Source: an uncultured bacterium
GTDB taxonomy: Bacteria; Planctomycetota; UBA1135; GCA-002686595
NCBI GenBank assembly: GCA_943787795.1
Contig: CALSNU010000001.1
Location: 704,001 to 768,000, forward strand
Direction: 5' to 3'
Length of the DNA: 64,000 nt
How positions within the stretch are numbered: the stretch's first letter is position 1; every line of letters starts with the position of its first letter. Below are positions 58,357 to 64,000 of this stretch, piece by piece. The position numbers and the translations under genes are program-made. Below the pieces are notes generated by a model. That model saw nothing but the letters and a program-made list of their open reading frames with translations. It was not told where the DNA came from and made no database searches.

Positions 58357-58857
58357 TCAGTCGGGAGGCTCTGCGGGGGGCTCGTCGCTCCAGTCCCGCT
58401 GCATCTCAAGGAACGTGACCGAGGCGGTCCAGGCCAGGAAGCTGATGCCCACCAGGGCCTCTGTGCCGCAGAGGATCGTGACGGGTCCGTGGGGGAGGTA
58501 GTCCCCGTAGCCGACGGTGGTGAAGGTGATCACCGAGAAGTAGATGTAGTCGAGCGCCCCCTCGCTGAAGCTGCCGGTGATCGAGCCGAGCTCCGGCCAG
58601 GCGTGGAGCAGCCAGTAGAGGAAGCCGAACATCCAGATCTCGACCACGTGGGCGACGATCATGATCAGGATCAGCGCCACGATTCGCATGCGCCTCGAGA
58701 GGCGCGTGCGGGGCAGGACGCGGATCGTGAACGCCATGGCCTCGTAGTGGATGAGGACGGACACGACCACTGCGGTGGCAGAGATCGCCGCCATCACCAG
58801 GTGCGGACCGGTGACGTCGAAGGTCTGGCGAGGGATCTGTTCCGCGAGGGCAAGCAT
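58357..58857 (-). CDS. Potassium channel family protein (Ion_trans_2)
   Basis: YFSVITFTTVGYGD selectivity filter flanked by TM helices. Confidence 0.88.
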   Translation of the reverse strand: MLALAEQIPRQTFDVTGPHLVMAAISATAVVVSVLIHYEAMAFTIRVLPRTRLSRRMRIVALILIMIVAHVVEIWMFGFLYWLLHAWPELGSITGSFSEGALDYIYFSVITFTTVGYGDYLPHGPVTILCGTEALVGISFLAWTASVTFLEMQRDWSDEPPAEPPD

Positions 58858-58889
58858 GCTGGCGAGAATAGCGACTGGGCGCGCCCGAC

Positions 58890-60614
58890 TCAGTAACCGC
58901 TCGCCTGACCGTCCTTGCGCGACTCCGAGGCGCCCGCGTAGACGCCCGTGACCGGGTCCAGGCGTATCGCCTGGTACCCGCCGTACACGCCGACCTTTTG
59001 CTGGAGCACGTGCCCGCGCCTCGCGAGGCCCCGGCGCACCTCCTCGCCGATGCCGCTCTCCAGGTGGAGGAAGCCGCCCTTCTCCATCACCTCGCCAGTG
59101 GGCTGGGAGGAGCCCGTGTGGACGATGCGCGGCGCGTCGCCGGCCTCCTGGGTGTTCATGCCGAAGTCGATCATGTTGACGACGATCTGCACGTGACCCT
59201 GGGGCTGGGTGGCACCGCCCATCACGCCGAAGGCCATCAGCGGCGCGCCGTCCTTGGTGATGAAGGCGGGGATGATCGTATGGAACGGCCGCTTGCCCGG
59301 CGCGTAGCTGTTCGGGCGGCCCTCCCGCATATCAAAGAGCTCGCCGCGATCCTGGAGGCAGAAGCCCAGGCCTGGCGGGGTCATCCCCGAGCCCATGCCG
59401 CGGTAGTTGCTCTGGATGAGGGAGACCATCATGCCGTCGCTGTCGGCGGTGCACAGGTAGATGGTGTCGCCCTCCTCGAGGGCTGGGTTGCCCGGATCCA
59501 CGGAGCGCGCCGCGCGCTCGGTGATCTGGCCGCGGCGCCGGGCCGCGTACTCGCTGGAGATGAGCTGCTCCACCGGGGCCGGGGCGAAGGCGGGGTCCGC
59601 GTAGAAGCGGGCGCGGTCTGCGAAGGCGAGCTTCTTCGCTTCGGTGAACAGGTGCAGGTAGCGCTCGCTGCCGAAGCCCATGGAGGCGAGGTCGTACTCC
59701 TCGAGGATCTGCAGCATCTGGAGCGCCGCGATGCCCTGGCCGTTGGGGGGGAGCTCCCAGACGTCGTGGCCGCGGTAGTTGACGCTCACCGGTTCGACCC
59801 ACTCGCCGCGGTGGGCGCGCAGGTCGTCGGCCGTGAGGAAGCCGCCAGCCTCGGCCATATAGCTGCCGATGGTCTCGGCTACCTCGCCGTCGTAGAAGCC
59901 CGCGCGGCCCTCCGCGGCGATACGCGCGTAGGTGCTCGCGAGGCCCGGGTTCGCGAAGACCTCGCCGGCGCGCGGCGCCTTGCCGTCAATGGTGAACGTC
60001 TCGAGGAAGCCAGGGAACCGTCCGCGCGTGCGCACGCTCAGGCCCCAGTAGTAGGCGATGAGCTCGGTGATCGGCGCGCCCTCTTTGGCGTAGCCGATCG
60101 CCGGCGCGAGCACCTCGCTCAGGGGCAGCTTGCCGAAGCGCTCGTGTAGCGCGCACCAGCCGTCCACCGCGCCGGGCACGCTGACCGGCAGGGGACCGTA
60201 GGCTGGAATCTTCTTGGACGCTCCGCCCAGCGCCTCCTCGAGGCGCTCCGGAGTCAAGCTAATGGGAGAGCGTCCGCTGCCGTTGTAGCCGACCACGTCC
60301 TTGGCCTTGGGGTCCCACACGATGGCGAACAGGTCGCCGCCGATGCCGCAGCCCGTGGGCTCGACGAGGCCGAGCAGGGCGTTGGCGGCGATGGCGGCGT
60401 CGACGGCCGAACCGCCCCTCTTGAGGGTGTCCAGGGCGACCTGGGTGGCGAGGGGCTGGCTGGTGGCGGCCATGCCGTTCCGGGCGTGGACCTCGGAGCG
60501 GGTCGCGAAGGCGCGTCCAGTGATTCGATCTCCCATGGGATGGGCGTGGGGTGCGGGCAGGGTCAGCGCAGCGGCGGACAGCAGGGTCGAGAGGAGCGCG
60601 GTGAGGTGGGGCAT
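58890..60614 (-). CDS. ggt: Gamma-glutamyltransferase
   Basis: GGSAVDAAIA, GIGGDLF, LPPNGQG, nucleophile Thr in GDTIY, PGKRPFHTI, GVMGG. Confidence 0.94.
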   Translation of the reverse strand: MPHLTALLSTLLSAAALTLPAPHAHPMGDRITGRAFATRSEVHARNGMAATSQPLATQVALDTLKRGGSAVDAAIAANALLGLVEPTGCGIGGDLFAIVWDPKAKDVVGYNGSGRSPISLTPERLEEALGGASKKIPAYGPLPVSVPGAVDGWCALHERFGKLPLSEVLAPAIGYAKEGAPITELIAYYWGLSVRTRGRFPGFLETFTIDGKAPRAGEVFANPGLASTYARIAAEGRAGFYDGEVAETIGSYMAEAGGFLTADDLRAHRGEWVEPVSVNYRGHDVWELPPNGQGIAALQMLQILEEYDLASMGFGSERYLHLFTEAKKLAFADRARFYADPAFAPAPVEQLISSEYAARRRGQITERAARSVDPGNPALEEGDTIYLCTADSDGMMVSLIQSNYRGMGSGMTPPGLGFCLQDRGELFDMREGRPNSYAPGKRPFHTIIPAFITKDGAPLMAFGVMGGATQPQGHVQIVVNMIDFGMNTQEAGDAPRIVHTGSSQPTGEVMEKGGFLHLESGIGEEVRRGLARRGHVLQQKVGVYGGYQAIRLDPVTGVYAGASESRKDGQASGY

Positions 60615-60702
60615 GCTGGGGAGTACCGTTGAATCCGGGGTGGCGAGCCGCTGTCACTCTAGACTGTCCGCCTGCCCCCCGCGCCCGCCGGGGGAGCGCT
60701 CC

Positions 60703-61137
60703 ATGGTGTTCAGGAATCGAAAGCGCGCCTCCGGCCAGGCGGGCTCTCCGGGGGGAGAGCCCGGGGTCCAGCCTGAGGTGATCGAGGTGGAGGTCGAGAG
60801 GCTGGAGCCCGGCCCGGCGGGCCCGACTCGTGGGCAGCGGCTGCGCCGCCGCGCCATGAGGGTCCTGGCGCCGGTCCTCCTGGCGATGCTCATCGACGCC
60901 GGCGACCTCATCACGATCCCCGGCACCTTCCTCGTCTCGCTGCCCTGCGGCATGCTGGCGGGCTACCTCTTCTCGGGGTTCCTACGGGTCGCCGCGCCAT
61001 GGCGGATCATCATCGCCTGCATCACCGGGCTGTACTGGGCGCTGCCCTTCACCGGATTCCTCCCGCTGGCGACGAGCATCACCACGGTCACGGAGTTCTT
61101 CAACGGGGACCGCTCTGACGGTGAGCCTGGGACCTGA
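60703..61137 (+). CDS. Hypothetical membrane protein
   Basis: Several hydrophobic helices. Start taken at ATG 60703. Confidence 0.65.
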   Translation: MVFRNRKRASGQAGSPGGEPGVQPEVIEVEVERLEPGPAGPTRGQRLRRRAMRVLAPVLLAMLIDAGDLITIPGTFLVSLPCGMLAGYLFSGFLRVAAPWRIIIACITGLYWALPFTGFLPLATSITTVTEFFNGDRSDGEPGT

Positions 61138-61164
61138 GGCCCCTCAACCGACCAGGGAGGCCCT

Positions 61165-62487
61165 CTACCCGAGGAGGTCCGGCAGCATGGCCGCCGCCTT
61201 CTCGCGCGCCTTGATGACGCACTGGTCGGAGTTGTCGTACTCGAAGCGGCCGAAGCGGCCGAGGGGGTTCAGGCCCTGCGCCTCCATCCAGTCGAGGACG
61301 AGCCCCCGGCGACGGTGGTACTCGTGGTCGAAGACCACGTACGCGTGGTTCACCTGGCTCCGGTCCGTGAAGAGGATCTCGTCACGCTTGAGGAGCCCGG
61401 CCACCTCGAGGCCCTGGAGCATCTCCTCCTCGAGCTCTTGGCCGGGGAACGGCTGGCCGCCCGGCGTCGTGATCTCGATCAGGAACGACGTCTTGCCCTC
61501 GGGCGCGTTGCCCGGGGAGTAGTTCGACATGTAGGTCACGCGGTTCGCGGGGCCCTGCTTCTTCTGGGGGAGATAGATCCAGGAGAGGTTGGGGTGCTCC
61601 TCGCGGTCCATGGCGACCAGGTACGTGACGAGCCCGTTGAACTCGAGCTCGCGCATCGCGCGCGCCACGTCGTCGGGCAGGCCCTCGATGATCTCGGGCA
61701 GATACGTCAGGGCGATCGTGTTCACGACCACGTCGAAGTCCTCGTCGTTCACCGACCACCCGTCGCCCTTGCGGCGCACGGAGGTCACCGGGGTGTTCAG
61801 GCGAATCTGGCTCTCGAGGGTGCCGGCGAGCCCGTCGGTGATGCCCTGGAAGCCGCCGGTCTTGGGGTAGTAGAAGATCGACTGGTGGGTGTAGCCCTCG
61901 GTGCGGATGCCGACGGCGGCGCGCAGGACGTCCTCGACCGGGGCGTCGGGGACGCGGCCGGCGACCCAGTCGCTGGTGATCTGCTCCAGGGGCCGCTTCC
62001 AGATCTTCTCGTTGTAGGGGTCCATGAAGTGGTCGGCGATGCCGTCGCCGAACCGCCAGCGGATCCAGTTCTTGAAGTCTGCTGGCGCCTCGGAGCCCGT
62101 CATCTTCCGGGCATGCCACGCCTCGACGTAGCCCTTGAGGCAGTCGAAGTTCGCGTCCTTCGGGAGGTCCCCGATCCCGTTCTCGAAGGGGTAGTGCACC
62201 CAGCGATCCTCGAAGCGGATCTTGGTGTGCCGGTCGCGCTCGACGAAGGCGTCGTCGCCCCCCGCCTCGTCCTTCATCCACTGCATGGCGTCGGCGTCCT
62301 TGCTGAAGAGGATGTGCCCGCCCGCCACGTCGTAGGTGAAGCCGTCCACCGTCTTCGAGAGGCACAGGCCGCCCGCGACGGAGCCCGCCTCGAACAGGTG
62401 GAGCGACCCCATGGGGACGCCGCCCTGCTGGAGGAAACGAGCGAGGGCCATGCCGGAGATACCGGCTCCAAGGATCGCGATCTTCAA
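61165..62487 (-). CDS. FAD-dependent oxidoreductase (protoporphyrinogen oxidase/UDP-galactopyranose mutase-like)
   Basis: ILGAGISG, GGH, PYNEKIW, FYYPKTGG, GRFGRFEY. Confidence 0.85.
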   Translation of the reverse strand: MKIAILGAGISGMALARFLQQGGVPMGSLHLFEAGSVAGGLCLSKTVDGFTYDVAGGHILFSKDADAMQWMKDEAGGDDAFVERDRHTKIRFEDRWVHYPFENGIGDLPKDANFDCLKGYVEAWHARKMTGSEAPADFKNWIRWRFGDGIADHFMDPYNEKIWKRPLEQITSDWVAGRVPDAPVEDVLRAAVGIRTEGYTHQSIFYYPKTGGFQGITDGLAGTLESQIRLNTPVTSVRRKGDGWSVNDEDFDVVVNTIALTYLPEIIEGLPDDVARAMRELEFNGLVTYLVAMDREEHPNLSWIYLPQKKQGPANRVTYMSNYSPGNAPEGKTSFLIEITTPGGQPFPGQELEEEMLQGLEVAGLLKRDEILFTDRSQVNHAYVVFDHEYHRRRGLVLDWMEAQGLNPLGRFGRFEYDNSDQCVIKAREKAAAMLPDLLG

Positions 62488-62557
62488 AGGGAGGACTCTG
62501 GGAAGGAGAGGAGCGTCTCGCGGGAAGGATACCGGGGTGCGAGGGCGCGTGCGGAAC

Positions 62558-63521
62558 TCACCGGCTCCTGATCAGGGACGAGCGGTCCGGGAGCGCCTCG
62601 GGCCGGGTCCGCTCCATGTCCTCCAGCCAGCGCCGGGCGTCGGTGACGTACCCCGCCGTTGGCCGTACCCCCGGGCAGACGGCCTCGAAGTGTTCGTTGA
62701 AGGCGCCCATGACCAGTTCGCGGGCGTACTTGGCGAAGCAGGAGCCCAGGGCAGTGGGGAGCGAGAGGGTGTCCCCCTTCTGGACAAAGCGAATTCGCAT
62801 GCGCCGATCACCAGAGGTCACGAGGTAGTGGCTCTCCTGACGACTCTCCGAGAGGACCCGGACCGTGGAGAAGGGGACCAGGATCGAGAGGGCCCGGCCG
62901 TAGCGAGCCCTGCCGCCAAGGCGGTCGCAGGTGAAGTCCAGCCCCTCCTCGCCGAAGCGCTCGAAGAGGTCGAGGATGACCCGCGAGTGGTACGACCACA
63001 GGGTAGTGCCCCTTGTTATCGGTTCGTCCAAAGGACTCGTTCAGGGCGCCGGCGGGGACCACGGCGACGCCTGCTGAGACCACCTCGGCATCGGCTGCGG
63101 CGAGGCTGGCCGCGAGTCGGTCGCGGTGCTCGACGAGCTCGAGCGGCGTGCAGTGGAGCGGGAGCTCCGCCGGCAGAGCGGCGTACCAAGGATGAGCCCG
63201 CAGGGTTGCCGCGGTCGGGGCAAGCCCCTCCGGAGCGCTCTCGAGCAGGTCCGTTGCGCCCCGCACCGTCGAGCCTGCCGCGTCAAGGAAGGTGAGCGCT
63301 GTGGCCTCTAGCCGCCGGGCGCCCCGCGGGTTCCTCGTGAAGACCTTCTTCGAGTCAGCGACGACGAGCCGCTCCTTGTCCCGGCCGGGAGCGTCGCTCA
63401 CCGCGTCGGGGAGCGTGCTCCAGTCCAGGGTACCCGCGCGCCGGAACGCCGAGAATCCGATGGTCAGCGGACCCAGCATCGGGCCGTAGCCGGCCTCGTC
63501 GAGGCCCGCGTGGACCGTCAT
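62558..63521 (-). CDS. rnhB: Ribonuclease HII-like protein; one apparent +1 frameshift at ~63010
   Basis: AGLDEAGYGPMLGPL, ADSKK, then CDRLGGR, KGD...ALGSCFAKYARE. Deleting one base of the run at 63009-63012 restores a 320-aa frame. Confidence 0.75.
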
Positions 63522-63535
63522 TGGCGCGGCGCCCT

Positions 63536-64000
63536 TCACGCGCTGGCGGCGTGGTTGTCCACCGGCGCGGGCTCGCGGCGCTTGATGAAGATCAGCAGCA
63601 GGACGAGGGCGAGCGACCCCAGCACGAGGGAGACGAGCTGGGAGGTGGAGAACATCCCGTCGAACCACAGGCCGCGGATCTTGTCCCCGCGGAAGCCCTC
63701 GATGGTGAAGCGTCCGATCGAGTAGAGGACGAGGAGCACGAGGGTGACCTGACCGGCGTACTGCCTGTGCCGGATCATCCACATGCCGAAGAGCCCCAGG
63801 GCCAGGGCGTTGACGCTCATCCAGGGCTGGGTAGCCCAGAGCACCTGACCCGCGTTCTCCGCGCCGAACAGGCTGGCGTCGGGGAGCGGGTCGGGGACCC
63901 GGATCGTCAGGGGGAACGGCAGGTTCTCGGAGCCCTCGGGCACGACCTTCCCGAAGTCGTCACCCACGAGGAGGCAGCCCACTCGTCCGACGGCCAGGCC
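63536..64000 (-). CDS. lgt: Prolipoprotein diacylglyceryl transferase (5' part outside window)
   Basis: GRVGCLLVGDDFG, YSIGRFTIEGFRGD, STSQ. Confidence 0.88.
   Translation of the reverse strand, partial: GLAVGRVGCLLVGDDFGKVVPEGSENLPFPLTIRVPDPLPDASLFGAENAGQVLWATQPWMSVNALALGLFGMWMIRHRQYAGQVTLVLLVLYSIGRFTIEGFRGDKIRGLWFDGMFSTSQLVSLVLGSLALVLLLIFIKRREPAPVDNHAASA

Noticed and set aside
56734..58896. 720-aa + strand ORF, and similar long antisense ORFs at 44800-46524, 51499-53100 and 53438-55345
   Set aside because: Antisense shadows of well-supported genes with no recognisable motifs.
1..64000. tRNA, rRNA, integrase, transposase, prophage or defence genes
   Set aside because: None recognised by eye. 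tRNAscan-SE and Rfam scans would be needed to exclude small RNAs.

Overview
High-GC (roughly 70% by eye) bacterial chromosomal segment of about 50 genes. Gene content (formylglycine-type sulfatases, HEAT and FG-GAP proteins, a DUF6288-like protein, futalosine-pathway mqnA/mqnC/mqnE, alpha2-type GlyRS) suggests a Planctomycetota/PVC organism; this is an inference. Recognisable genes include queA, thiE, queG, glpK, pdxA, a parC-parE-like topoisomerase pair, glyQS, ggt, rnhB-like and lgt. Regulatory loci are an ECF sigma/TPR anti-sigma pair, a degenerate sigma54-activator-like protein and an H-NOX/hybrid kinase pair. I saw no rRNA, tRNA, CRISPR array or mobile element. Highlights: (1) a secreted 525-aa low-complexity protein with 57 Cys, almost all in 24 CC pairs and 4 CxxxC motifs, built from 99-bp repeats; (2) a TlpA/thioredoxin-fold gene whose CxxC reads W-TGA-G-P-C in frame and is followed by SECIS-like hairpins, a probable selenoprotein missed by the ORF track; (3) TANNNT -10 boxes 6-10 nt before many start codons, implying widespread leaderless transcription; (4) several non-coding minisatellites; (5) a Vms1-like (bVLRF1) release factor. 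Several genes near 13.8-14.0, 48.5-50.8 and 63.0 kb carry +1 homopolymer insertions that look like sequencing errors.
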